From Elusimicrobiota bacterium (lineage in GTDB: Bacteria; Elusimicrobiota; Elusimicrobia; Elusimicrobiales; UBA9959): a stretch of DNA of 64,000 bases. The translations under genes and the position numbers were made by a program. The stretch lies in the NCBI GenBank assembly GCA_009773155.1, contig WOVA01000006.1, forward strand, positions 56,293-120,292, in the 5' to 3' direction. This document shows positions 28,169 through 38,119 of the stretch, in pieces. The notes under the pieces are model-generated. The model was not told the DNA's origin. It searched no databases and saw only the letters and a list, made by a program, of their open reading frames with translations. Numbering within the stretch: the first letter of the stretch is position 1; each line of letters starts with the position of its first letter.

Positions 28169-31100
28169 GTGAAGAACGCCCTGCCCATACTCCTGCTCCT
28201 CCTGGCCGCCCACGCCGGCGCCCAGGAGCATTTCACCGCGCCGCCGCCGTCGCAGGGCAGGTTCCTGCTGCTGGACCGCGACGACGCGTCGTCGCTGCTC
28301 TCCGGCGGAGAGGACGAGGATAAGTCCGGCGAAGCGGCGGAAGAAGAAGGGCCGGGACTGGACTCGCTGCTCGACCGCCTGCCGATCTCCGACTATTCCC
28401 AGGACAGGTGGAACAAGGTGCGCGGCGACATAGAGACCGGCCGCTTCCAGAGGGAGGAGCCGGCGCCGCTGGCCCGGGTCGCCGTCTCCACCGCGGTCCC
28501 CGAGTCCCCCCAGCCGGAGCTGGAGTTCACGGAATCGGGGACCTCTCTCTCCCTGACCGGGCGCAAAGTCATCGGCTTCAACTATACCGGCAAGCGCTAC
28601 ATGAACGAGCAGACCAACGTCACGCGCCCGCGCAGCCTGAGCCTGTTCGAGATCAGCCAGCAGCTGCAGGTGCGCATGCAGGGCAAGGTCGGGACCAAGA
28701 TCACGGTCAACGTGGACTACGACGACACCAAGGAGGACAGGCAGGACATCTCCGTCGTCTACCAGGGCGACCCCAACGAGGTGGTGCAGAACGTCTCGTT
28801 CGGCGACATCGACCTCTCGCTGCCGGCCACCGAGTTCGTCTCCTACAACAAGCAGCTCTTCGGCATCAGGGCCGACCTGCGCGCCAAGGGCTTCGCGCTG
28901 ACCTTCATCGGCTCGCGCACCAAGGGCCAGACCAAGGTGAGGCAGTACACAGGCAATACCCGGTTCCAGACGGTAGATCTGCAGGACGTCAACTACCTGC
29001 GCCGGCGCTACTACGACATAACCTTCGGCAACACCGCCAGGCTCCCGATACGGCCCGGGTCGGAACTGGTCTACCTCGATACCCAGAGCAATCTGCCGGT
29101 GGACAACCTGGTCATCTCTTCGATAACCGCGGACGACCTGGCGCAGCAGACCACGACCTATACCGGTCGTTTTCAGAGGCTAAGCCCCGGCATAGACTAC
29201 ACGGTGGACTACGCCAAGGGCATACTGACCTTCAGCCGCGGCATGAACGTGCAGGACGTGGTCATCATCGACTATACCAACGCCAACGGGACGCTCCTCT
29301 CCCAGAATGCGTCCACCACAACTCTCAACACTCTGGGCTCGGGCAGGCTTAAGCTGGTAAAGACGCTCAACGACGCGCCCATAAGCACCGCCCCGGTACA
29401 GGCCGACTTCGACGCGCAGGTAGGCTGGAACCGGGAAATAAAGACATATTACTCCATCGGTCAGACCAACCTGGTGCGCGACGACGGCCGCGGCAGCTTC
29501 ACGCTCAAGCTGCAGGACTTCAACCGCAACGAGGTCGCCGCCCCCAATACCGCGGGACAGACCGTCAAATACCCGGACAATATCGAGGTGGACTTCGAGC
29601 AGGGCATCTTCAGGCTGACCTCCCCGTTCCAGGACCCCGACCCCGGATACGCCGGCACGCCCGACAGGCAGATCTATTCCGCGGCCCCGGCCGCCAGGCG
29701 GCTCTTCCGCGTGGAATATTCCTACAGGTTCAAGACCTTCCTGCTCGAGCCTTCGATAGTCGTGAACTCGGAGATCGTGACCGTGGACAGGCAGAAGCTG
29801 CGCAAGAACGAGGAATACTTCATCGACTATGACTCGGGTTTCATCACCTTCTACTACCCGGACCGCATAGGCCAGACCAGCAGCATCGAGATCAGCTACG
29901 AAGTCTCGCCTTTCGGCGGGGCCGGCAACCTCTCGCTCGTCGGCGGGCGCGTCTCCTACGACTTCGGGGCCCTCTCGCTGGGCAGTTCGCTGCTCTACCA
30001 GGGCGGCGTCAAATCGGCCGCCGTGCCCAGCGTGACCGACCTGACCAGCAGTATGTTCGTCTACGAGGGAGACGCGCAGTTCAGGAACCTCAACGTCTTC
30101 GGCATGAAGATGAACGTGGGCGGAGAGATAGCGCAGTCGCGCCTCAATCCCAATCTCAACGACTTCGCGCTGGTGGACAATATGGAGGGCGTCAAGCAGG
30201 AAGACTCGCCCGCGATGGACCGCAACTACTGGCAGATCGCGGCCAATCCCGCGGCGGGCCCGGCCGACCCGACTTCCGTCGCCTGGGAGACGGTGAACGT
30301 AAAATCCAAAGACATAAATCCGGCGTCCACCTCCGACGGCAGCCAGCAGGTCCTGTCCATAAATTACGATTTCACCCGGTCCACCGAGGTATCGATAGTC
30401 TATCCCCTCTCCGCCACGGGCCTGGACTTCACCCAGAAGACGGCCATAGAGCTGGTGCTCCTCGGCCAGGGCGCCGGGGGGCCGCAGATCAACCTCCATT
30501 TCGGCCAGATCAACGAGGACGCCGACGGCCGGGGCGGGCAGAACTTCGCCTGCGCCAACGGCGTGGCGCTGCTGAACGCGCCCAAAAGCGAGGACCTCAA
30601 CTGCGACGGCCAGCTCTCCACCGCCGAGGATATCGGCTGGCTCTACGATCCCGTGGGTCAGCCCAACGAGATCCGCTACGGCGCCAATAACGGCCGCATA
30701 GACACGGCCGACCTCAACCGCAACGGGCGCCTGGACCAGCAGGACTTCAGCGGCGGCTCCTTCGGCTACGCGAGCGGGACTAAATTCACCGACACCACGG
30801 ATTCCATCGCCAAGGACCATGTGGACTTCAGCGGCTGGCGGACCTGGAACCGGCCGCTCTTCATCGCCTCCTCGGATACCTTCAAGTGGAACGCAATCAA
30901 GCAGATCCGCGTGACCCTGAAAAAAGGCGCCGGCGCCGGCGCTCTCAACTCCGGCGCCATCCGTTTCGCCCGCATCGCCGCCGTGGGCAATACCTGGACG
31001 GTGCAGCAGAGCGCCACCGCGGGCACGCTGCAGCTGCTGGGCGTCAACAACATAGACAATCCCGGGTATATCCCGATCTACAACGCGGGCGGCGCCGCGG

Positions 31101-33535
31101 CGCAGGTATACAACGACCTCTACGGCTCGGTCTCGGAACAGCGCGAGCGGACCAACACCGCCAATGTCAGCGAGCAGGCGCTGTCGGTGACCTACGACTC
31201 CATAGTTTCGACCTCCGCGGTATACGCCTTCCGCAAGTACCCGCAGCCGCTGGACATCTCGCAGCACGGAGAGTTCCGCTTCCTCCTCTTCTCCAGCGTG
31301 ACGGCCAACGCCAGCTTCTACCTCAAGATCGGCGACGAGAACAACTATTTCAAGGCCTCCGTGGCCCCCTCCGCGCTGACAGGCTGGCGGCTCATAACTC
31401 TTCGCCAGGAGGACGTCAACGGCGACAGGATCCCCGACGTCTGGACCAACGCCGGCCCTTACGCGGTGGAGATCTCCTCCCGCGGCAACCCCAGCCTCCA
31501 GCAGGTCTCGGGCATACTGATAGGCGTGGAGACCTCCGGGGGACAGCAAAGCGGGACTTTCTACCTCAACGAGATCCACCTGGCCAAGCCCCTGACGCGC
31601 ACCGGCGAGGCGAAAAAAGTCGAGGCCTCGTTCGAGATACCGGGCTGGATGAGCTTCGGCGGCAAGCACCGCGAGACCGACCGCAGTTTCCAGACGCCGG
31701 TCTCGGTCATCTCCAACCAGGACAACGAGCAGCAGACGGCCTACCTGAACTTCAACAGGCTCCCGTTCTTCCCGCTGACGTTCACCGGCTCCCGCCAGGT
31801 CACGGTGACCCCGAACACCTACGTCACCGGCGGCAGCAACCTGGTCACCTCGCTGCAGCAGGGCCGGGTCAAGAAGCTCGACGGCGCGGCCGCCGGCAAC
31901 CTCTCCCTGGGCGCGCTGCCCAAACTCTCTCTCAACTACGCCGGCAGCCGCACCGAGTACGACCTGCTGCTGCGCGACGACAGCAGGGACGCCTACAGCG
32001 GCGCCCTGGCCTATAATCCGCCCTTCCAGTTCTTCCTGCTGCCGCGCAGCCTGAGCCTGACCTATTCGCTGACCAGCAACCGGGTGGACTACCGCAGGGA
32101 CGACCTGCTGGCGGCGGGCGCCGCCCTGGCCGGCCTCCACCGCACTTCGGAGCGCGTGGACGCCTACGGCGCGCGGCTGACCTTCGTCCCCTGGCGCGGC
32201 TCGACCTTCAACCCCTCGTACAGCCTGCAGGAGACGCGCGAACGGAAGGACGAGCTCTTCAGCGGGAACAGCTACGACTATCCCAAGGCGCGGCAGCAGA
32301 CCGCCGACTTCAACTCGAACTTCATGCTGGCGCGCTGGTTCAATCCCGCGGTCAACTATTCCGTCACCACGATGGAGAACAACAATATCGTGGTGACCAC
32401 GGTGACCGTGGTCGCCGCCTCTGCCGTCTACGCTCCCGGCGAGATAAAGACCGTCAACCGCACGGCGCAGGGCGGCGTGAGCCTGAACTTCAGCGTCAAC
32501 GACCTGGCCCCCCGCAACCGCCTGCTGCGCTCCCTGGTCGTCTCGTCCAACTTCCAGATACAGGACGGCGACACCTGGCAGAACGTGGAACGGGATTACG
32601 ACACGGCGGACAAGCTCTGGGTGCGCGACAGGCTGGGGCCCAGGAATTCCCTGGCGCAGAGGACGTCCCTGACCACGCGCGACACCTTCACCTCCAATCA
32701 GCGCTGGCAGCCGCTGGAAGGCTACACACTGAAGGGCCGCCTGTCTCCGCTGTCGACCATTTCAATAACCAACAACTTCTCCAACAGCGACCAGCGCTCC
32801 GACGTCACGGGGACGCAGTCGCGCTCGGTCAACCGCACCTTCCCCGACGCCATACTCTCGCTCTCCCAGCTGGAGGTCCTGGCGGGCGCCCAGTCCTGGG
32901 CCCGCGGCGCCACGATGAACGTGAAGTATTCCAACAACACCAACGAGACCCGGCTGATAAGCCTCGACCTGACCCGCTCTTACGGCATGGACCTGCGCTT
33001 CCGCCTGCTGGAAAAAGTGGACGCCGCGCTCAGCTACAATCACCGGTTCACGCAGCGGAAGGACCTGCGGCTCGACCAGATAACGCAACAGACAGAGCGC
33101 CACGACGCCACCGTACAGGGGACTTTCGACTATAGGAAGTTCCGCTTTACCCCGAAGCTGGATTTCTCCGTCGACCACGGCAAGACCGGCCTGGGCGTGG
33201 TCAACCAGGACCTGACCGTGATAACCCCCAGCCTGCTGCTCAAGACCGACTTCCAGGCCCCCAAGGGCCTGCGCCTGCCTTTCATGAAGCAGGCTATGGT
33301 CTTCAGCAACCGCATAGTCTGGACCACGACGCTGAGCTACGCGCTGCGGAAGTCCCCTATAACGGTCTCCGAGAACACGCGTCTTTTCTCGCTCAACAGC
33401 AGCGCCGACTACGAGGCCGCCAAGAACCTGCGCCTGACCTTCAACGCGTCGGTGCAGCGGCTCTGGCACAAGTACCTGAAGCAGGAGGATTATCTCTCCT
33501 ACATGGCGGGCAGCACGCTTACTTTCCAGTTCTGA
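28169..33535 (+). CDS. Very large SprA-like outer-membrane beta-barrel protein (~1790 aa)
   Basis: Signal peptide from GTG 28169. KITVNVDYDDT...YQGDPNEVVQNVSFGDIDLSL...QLFGI resembles the SprA N-terminal region. EF-hand-like EDLNCDG, DLNRNG and EDVNGD motifs, long amphipathic beta strands, C-terminal TFQF. Confidence 0.7.
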   Translation: MKNALPILLLLLAAHAGAQEHFTAPPPSQGRFLLLDRDDASSLLSGGEDEDKSGEAAEEEGPGLDSLLDRLPISDYSQDRWNKVRGDIETGRFQREEPAPLARVAVSTAVPESPQPELEFTESGTSLSLTGRKVIGFNYTGKRYMNEQTNVTRPRSLSLFEISQQLQVRMQGKVGTKITVNVDYDDTKEDRQDISVVYQGDPNEVVQNVSFGDIDLSLPATEFVSYNKQLFGIRADLRAKGFALTFIGSRTKGQTKVRQYTGNTRFQTVDLQDVNYLRRRYYDITFGNTARLPIRPGSELVYLDTQSNLPVDNLVISSITADDLAQQTTTYTGRFQRLSPGIDYTVDYAKGILTFSRGMNVQDVVIIDYTNANGTLLSQNASTTTLNTLGSGRLKLVKTLNDAPISTAPVQADFDAQVGWNREIKTYYSIGQTNLVRDDGRGSFTLKLQDFNRNEVAAPNTAGQTVKYPDNIEVDFEQGIFRLTSPFQDPDPGYAGTPDRQIYSAAPAARRLFRVEYSYRFKTFLLEPSIVVNSEIVTVDRQKLRKNEEYFIDYDSGFITFYYPDRIGQTSSIEISYEVSPFGGAGNLSLVGGRVSYDFGALSLGSSLLYQGGVKSAAVPSVTDLTSSMFVYEGDAQFRNLNVFGMKMNVGGEIAQSRLNPNLNDFALVDNMEGVKQEDSPAMDRNYWQIAANPAAGPADPTSVAWETVNVKSKDINPASTSDGSQQVLSINYDFTRSTEVSIVYPLSATGLDFTQKTAIELVLLGQGAGGPQINLHFGQINEDADGRGGQNFACANGVALLNAPKSEDLNCDGQLSTAEDIGWLYDPVGQPNEIRYGANNGRIDTADLNRNGRLDQQDFSGGSFGYASGTKFTDTTDSIAKDHVDFSGWRTWNRPLFIASSDTFKWNAIKQIRVTLKKGAGAGALNSGAIRFARIAAVGNTWTVQQSATAGTLQLLGVNNIDNPGYIPIYNAGGAAAQVYNDLYGSVSEQRERTNTANVSEQALSVTYDSIVSTSAVYAFRKYPQPLDISQHGEFRFLLFSSVTANASFYLKIGDENNYFKASVAPSALTGWRLITLRQEDVNGDRIPDVWTNAGPYAVEISSRGNPSLQQVSGILIGVETSGGQQSGTFYLNEIHLAKPLTRTGEAKKVEASFEIPGWMSFGGKHRETDRSFQTPVSVISNQDNEQQTAYLNFNRLPFFPLTFTGSRQVTVTPNTYVTGGSNLVTSLQQGRVKKLDGAAAGNLSLGALPKLSLNYAGSRTEYDLLLRDDSRDAYSGALAYNPPFQFFLLPRSLSLTYSLTSNRVDYRRDDLLAAGAALAGLHRTSERVDAYGARLTFVPWRGSTFNPSYSLQETRERKDELFSGNSYDYPKARQQTADFNSNFMLARWFNPAVNYSVTTMENNNIVVTTVTVVAASAVYAPGEIKTVNRTAQGGVSLNFSVNDLAPRNRLLRSLVVSSNFQIQDGDTWQNVERDYDTADKLWVRDRLGPRNSLAQRTSLTTRDTFTSNQRWQPLEGYTLKGRLSPLSTISITNNFSNSDQRSDVTGTQSRSVNRTFPDAILSLSQLEVLAGAQSWARGATMNVKYSNNTNETRLISLDLTRSYGMDLRFRLLEKVDAALSYNHRFTQRKDLRLDQITQQTERHDATVQGTFDYRKFRFTPKLDFSVDHGKTGLGVVNQDLTVITPSLLLKTDFQAPKGLRLPFMKQAMVFSNRIVWTTTLSYALRKSPITVSENTRLFSLNSSADYEAAKNLRLTFNASVQRLWHKYLKQEDYLSYMAGSTLTFQF

Positions 33536-34242
33536 TGCTTACAAAACATATCTGGGGCCTGCTGCTTAACGCGCTGCTGCCGCGCACCTGCGCGCATTGC
33601 GCCGAGGACCTGCCTGCCGGCACGGAGCAGCCGCTGTGTGGGGCCTGCCTCACTTCGCTTGAGCGCCCGGCCGGGCCCCTGTGCCCGGTCTGCGGCCTGC
33701 CCGGCGCGGACGGCCCCTGTCCCGCCTGCCGGGAGGCCCCCCGCCCCTTCGACCTGGCCCGCTCAGCCTTCCTGTTCACCCCCCCGCTGCGCTCGCTGAC
33801 CCACGCTTTCAAGTACTCGGGCAGGACCTCCCTGGCCCGGCCGCTGGCGCTGCTGATGGCGGCGGAACTGCCGCGCTGCCCGGAGCTGGGGACTTTCGAC
33901 GCCGTGGTGCCGGTGCCTCTGCACCCGTCGCGCGAGCGCCGGCGCGGCTACAACCAGGCCGCGCTGCTGGCGCGGGAACTGGCGGGGCTGTCGGGCTCTT
34001 CTTTCGAACCGGGAGCGGTGAGGCGCGTCCGCGAGACGCGGCCGCAGGTGGACCTGCGCAGGCGGGAGAGACTGGAGAACGTGCGGGGGGCTTTTGAGGC
34101 GGGGCCCGGGGCGAAGGGCCGCCGCTTCCTGGTGGTGGACGACGTGGCCACCACGCTGGCCACGGCCGGCGACGCGGCGCGGGCGCTCAAAGAGGCCGGC
34201 GCGGCGGGGGCCGCGGTCTTCACGCTGGCCCGCGAAGCGTAA
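33535..34242 (+). CDS. comF: ComF family protein (double zinc ribbon + PRTase)
   Basis: CAHC/CGAC/CPVC/CPAC, VPLHPSR..RRGYNQ, VVDDVATT. Confidence 0.85.
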   Translation: MLTKHIWGLLLNALLPRTCAHCAEDLPAGTEQPLCGACLTSLERPAGPLCPVCGLPGADGPCPACREAPRPFDLARSAFLFTPPLRSLTHAFKYSGRTSLARPLALLMAAELPRCPELGTFDAVVPVPLHPSRERRRGYNQAALLARELAGLSGSSFEPGAVRRVRETRPQVDLRRRERLENVRGAFEAGPGAKGRRFLVVDDVATTLATAGDAARALKEAGAAGAAVFTLAREA

Positions 34243-34245
34243 GAT

Positions 34246-35748
34246 TTAGAATTCTATATCGAAGATATAGGTGCCGTAGGGCGGGATGCTCTCCAGCCTC
34301 AGGCCTTCTTTAAGCGAATCGGAATTGAAGGAAAAGAAACGGTCGGAGATCTGCTCGAAGATAGCCGTGGTCTCGCCGGAAGTGCGGATCTGCACGCCGA
34401 CCACGCCGCAGACCGGGGCTCCCGAATAGTTGACCACCACCACTTTCAGCGTGCGGCGCTGCGCCCAGCTCCAGGTGAGGATGTTCAAAAAGCTCGTATC
34501 CTCCTCGGAGCACGGCTTTACGTCCAGCAATGTCCACTCCCCTCCGTGGAAAGCGGGATGGTCTACGATCTTGAGGAGCTTCTCGTAGAACTTCTTCACG
34601 GTCTGGTCGGTCTCGAGCGGCAGGTCGGTCAGCTGCAGCGGCACGCGCCGGCGCCAGCCCTTGAACTGCGCGTCGGAATAGAAACGCAGCCCCTTTATCG
34701 TGGAGATCACGGCCGCCGCGGCCTGGGCCCTGGGCCAGCCGAAAGCCACGACGGACGGGTCCTCGTCGTGATTATCTATAAAGCGCACCGAGCGCTTCTG
34801 GTAGAGTCTCTCCGCGCGCAGGTGGCCGCGCACCTCGTCGGCGCCCAGCGAGCGCAGGCGGTCGTAGATAACCTTGTCGTAGGTATAATCGAAACCGAGC
34901 TGCTGCAGCCGCCACTCGAGGCCCCAGTAGACCTCGGCGAGCAGCACAAAATTGGGGTTCTTCTCTTTCACGGCCTTTATCGCCGTATCCCAGAACTCCG
35001 TCTCCGGCCGGCGGAAGCCCGAGCGCTCCAGCAGCGGCCCCCAGGTCCCCTCGTGTATGTCGTTGAGCGTGAGCATGACCATGTCGCAGCGCACGCCGTC
35101 GCACATCTCGGCTATGTCCAGCAGGGTCTTCACCATCCGCTCGCGCGTCTCGGAGTGGAAATAGTTCAACTGCGCGCTGTCGGTCCAGGCGGGGAAGTTG
35201 GGGTCGCGCGCGTAGGCGACGTATTCTTTTCCCTCGGGCGTGTCCAGCTCGAAGAACCAGTCGGGCCGCGCCCGGTAGTCCTCCGCCGTGCCCTTGACGA
35301 AGCAGTGCAGGCATTCCCCGAGGACGGGATTGTCGCGCGAGACGTGGTTGGAGACGAAGTCCAGCAGCAGCTTTATCCCCATCACGTTGAGCTTCTCGCG
35401 CAGGGCCTTAAGTTCCCAATCGAAGCCGAGCTCGGGGTTGAGCTTGTACTCGTAGATCGAATAGGGCGAGGCGCCGAGCCGCTCGACGCTGCCGGCTATG
35501 GCGACGGCCTCCTCGCGCAGCGGCGGGGTCTCGCGGGCGATGCGGGCCGATTCCGGGCTGGGCGTCCAGACGCCCATCAGCCAGATCATGTCGAAACCGA
35601 GATGTTTTAAAGCCTCCCATTCCTCGTCGGGAACGGTCGAGATGGTCATGTCGGCCTGGGAGTGTTTTCGCCTGAGCTCGTTGAGCCAGAGGCGGGCGTT
35701 GAGTTCTATCAGGTGCGGATTGGCCCTAAGCATCCCCGTCGTCCTCAC
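34246..35748 (-). CDS. Alpha-amylase family (GH13) glycosidase
   Basis: LDFVSNH, DGVRCDM, LAEVYW, FIDNHDE catalytic motifs; start may be 35733. Confidence 0.85.
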   Translation of the reverse strand: MRTTGMLRANPHLIELNARLWLNELRRKHSQADMTISTVPDEEWEALKHLGFDMIWLMGVWTPSPESARIARETPPLREEAVAIAGSVERLGASPYSIYEYKLNPELGFDWELKALREKLNVMGIKLLLDFVSNHVSRDNPVLGECLHCFVKGTAEDYRARPDWFFELDTPEGKEYVAYARDPNFPAWTDSAQLNYFHSETRERMVKTLLDIAEMCDGVRCDMVMLTLNDIHEGTWGPLLERSGFRRPETEFWDTAIKAVKEKNPNFVLLAEVYWGLEWRLQQLGFDYTYDKVIYDRLRSLGADEVRGHLRAERLYQKRSVRFIDNHDEDPSVVAFGWPRAQAAAAVISTIKGLRFYSDAQFKGWRRRVPLQLTDLPLETDQTVKKFYEKLLKIVDHPAFHGGEWTLLDVKPCSEEDTSFLNILTWSWAQRRTLKVVVVNYSGAPVCGVVGVQIRTSGETTAIFEQISDRFFSFNSDSLKEGLRLESIPPYGTYIFDIEF

Positions 35749-36682
35749 TCCCGGCCGCGGGAACGAGCCAGGACCGCGCCAGGGCCAGGGTCATTAAAGC
35801 CATGAATATTATCATCACGACGCCGATCGATATGACCCGCTTTATCCAGCCGGTGCCGGCGCGGCCCTCGAGGCCGGCCGCGGAAACCAGCTCGTAGACC
35901 CACCAGCGCGTGCCCGGCACGGCGGCGGCCGATATCAGCAGGTCATCCCCCCTATAAGTGGTCGCGACCCGGGCGGAAGCGAGGCCGCGGGAGGCGGCCC
36001 TGTCCACCAGGGCGAGCACCGGCTCCGGGGACTTCATGCCGGGCTTGAGCAGCGAGCGGCCGGCGGAATCGGCTATGGTCTGACCGCCGGCGTCGAGAAG
36101 CGCGGTCACGCCCAGCGAGCCCCTGCCGCCGGCGCGGAAGAAGGCCGAGGCGCGGGCCAGGCTTATGCGCGAGAGCACGGCGCCCTGCAGTTTGCCGTCC
36201 TTCTGCAGCGGCTCCGCCAGGACCAGCACGGGCGGCGCGTCCTCGAAATATTCAACGGCGCCGGCGGCGGCGGCGGAATCCCGCATCCCGGCGAAGACCT
36301 CGCTGGAGGAATAGTCCCGCATCGGGTCCTTTGAGGCTCCGGTGCGGGCGACCTCTTTTCCCGAAGCGTCGAGCATGGAAAATCCCAGGTAGAGGCCGCG
36401 GTTCTCTTCCGCTATTTTGGCCAGCCGGCGCTTCTTCTCTTCCCTGGAGGCGGCGGCAAAGGACTTCTCGCGCACCTTCTCCAGCGGCGCGGAGGCCGAA
36501 AGCAGGTGCTCGGCCAGCGAACCGGCTATCAGCCGGGTGCGCAGTTCCATATAATTGAGCGTGTCGCGCCGCAGGGCGTCGCGGCTGGTGCGCAGGAAAT
36601 GGGAGGAAAGGACCAGGAACGGGAGGAGGAACATGGCCGCGACGACAGCCGTGAAAGCCCATTTTGCTTTGACTAAAGTCAT
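35726..36682 (-). CDS. Membrane-anchored Cache-domain protein without cytoplasmic signalling domain
   Basis: N- and C-terminal TM helices flanking a dCache-like region (RDYS...F, LLDAGGQTIA, WWVYE). Confidence 0.6.
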   Translation of the reverse strand: MTLVKAKWAFTAVVAAMFLLPFLVLSSHFLRTSRDALRRDTLNYMELRTRLIAGSLAEHLLSASAPLEKVREKSFAAASREEKKRRLAKIAEENRGLYLGFSMLDASGKEVARTGASKDPMRDYSSSEVFAGMRDSAAAAGAVEYFEDAPPVLVLAEPLQKDGKLQGAVLSRISLARASAFFRAGGRGSLGVTALLDAGGQTIADSAGRSLLKPGMKSPEPVLALVDRAASRGLASARVATTYRGDDLLISAAAVPGTRWWVYELVSAAGLEGRAGTGWIKRVISIGVVMIIFMALMTLALARSWLVPAAGSEDDGDA

Positions 36683-36715
36683 GCTTTACCCCTATCGCTA
36701 TGATAGCATATAATA

Positions 36716-36811
36716 AGGGGACGCTGATTACTAAATGACTAATTTCACGAGCTCCATTGTCGCAACAGGCAAACGCCCTTCTAATTAGTCATTTAGTAAT
36801 CAGCGTCCCCT
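36716..36811. mobile_element. MITE-like 96-bp element with perfect 29-bp terminal inverted repeats
   Basis: aggggacgctgattactaaatgactaatt (36716-36744) is the exact reverse complement of 36783-36811; 38-bp AT-richer core; flanked by ATA on both sides. Confidence 0.7.
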
Positions 36812-36817
36812 ATACCT

Positions 36818-38119
36818 ATGCGTGAAATAACACTGGAATTCAGGAAGATAGTCGGGGAAGGCAAGGCCCTGGGCCGCGCCGACGGCAAGGTCGTGTTCTG
36901 CTACGGCGTGCTGCCGGGCGAGACGGCGCGCGTGCGCATCAAGCACGAGAAGCGCAACTGGGCCGAGGCCGAGCTGCTGGAGGTCATCACCCCCTCCGCC
37001 GACCGCCGCGAGCCGCGCGAGGACCATTACCTGAGCTGCTCACCCTGGCAGGTCATGGATTACCCCCTGCAGGCCGAGACCAAGAAGGGCCTGATCGAGG
37101 ACCTTTTCTACCAGACCCTGAAGGAAACTATAAAACTGGATTTTTTCCGTACCGCTAAGACGCACTACGGCTACCGGACCAAGATAGAGTACAGCTTCAC
37201 CGAGGCGGACGGACGGCTGGAGCTGGCCTTCCACAAGCGCGGCTCCTACGGCGAGAAATACGCGCTGAAGTCAGGCTGCGCGCTGATAAGCGGCAACACC
37301 AACGCCGCCGCCGCGGCCATAACGGAAGAACTGCGCAAGAAAGGCGCCAAAGCTTCCGACCTTAAATCGCTCATAATCCGGGAATCCAGGGACCCGGAAG
37401 GCAGAATAGCGGCGCTTTTCGTCAAGAGCCGCGACCTCGACGTGACCGACCTGGCGCTGCCTCCCGGGTTGAACGGCTTCACGGCCGCCTGGTCCAATCC
37501 CTTAAGCCCCGTCAGCCAGGCCGACGAGGTCCTTTTCTCCTCCGGCGACGACCATATCACCGAGACGCTGCCCGGCGGCGAGTTCTCGTCGCGGGTGAAA
37601 CTCTCCTACGGCTTCGACTGTTTCTTCCAGAACAACATGGAGTTATTCGCCCAGGCGCTCGACGAGATGGGCCGCCACTGCTTCAAATGCGGCAAGATGG
37701 TGGACCTCTACTCCGGCGTGGGCGCGATCGGCCTGTCGCTGCGCCAGTACGCCGACAAGGTCTACGCCGTGGAATCCTCCCCCGCGGCCGTGCGCTACGC
37801 CGCGCATAACGCGCTGGAGAACGGCGCCTCCAACTTCGAGGCCGTCTGCGGACTTTCGGAGAAGACGGGCGAGGAGGCGCTGCATGGCGCCGAGATACTG
37901 CTGGTGGACCCGCCGCGCGCCGGCCTGCACATCAAGGCGGTAAAATCGATACTGGCCGCCCAGCCTAAAAGAATAATCTATCTCTCCTGCAATCCGATAA
38001 CGCAGGGCAGGGACGCGGCCTTCTTCCTGGAAAGGTACAAGTTGTCCGCCTCGGGAGGCTTCGACTTCTACCCCAACACCCCCCACGCCGAGACCATGAT
38101 GGTCTTCGACCTCAGATGA
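36818..38119 (+). CDS. rlmD: 23S rRNA m5U methyltransferase, RlmD/RumA family (TRAM domain)
   Basis: N-terminal TRAM, YGYRTKIE, FFQNN, DLYSGVG, VDPPRAG, YLSCNP, DFYPNTPHAE. Confidence 0.85.
   Translation: MREITLEFRKIVGEGKALGRADGKVVFCYGVLPGETARVRIKHEKRNWAEAELLEVITPSADRREPREDHYLSCSPWQVMDYPLQAETKKGLIEDLFYQTLKETIKLDFFRTAKTHYGYRTKIEYSFTEADGRLELAFHKRGSYGEKYALKSGCALISGNTNAAAAAITEELRKKGAKASDLKSLIIRESRDPEGRIAALFVKSRDLDVTDLALPPGLNGFTAAWSNPLSPVSQADEVLFSSGDDHITETLPGGEFSSRVKLSYGFDCFFQNNMELFAQALDEMGRHCFKCGKMVDLYSGVGAIGLSLRQYADKVYAVESSPAAVRYAAHNALENGASNFEAVCGLSEKTGEEALHGAEILLVDPPRAGLHIKAVKSILAAQPKRIIYLSCNPITQGRDAAFFLERYKLSASGGFDFYPNTPHAETMMVFDLR

Noticed and set aside
33621-33645. cggagcagccgctgtgtggggcc in comF resembles the start of the family-1 repeat (EQPLCG)
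   Set aside because: It encodes part of the native ComF zinc ribbon (LCxxC) and lacks both hairpins; most likely coincidence.
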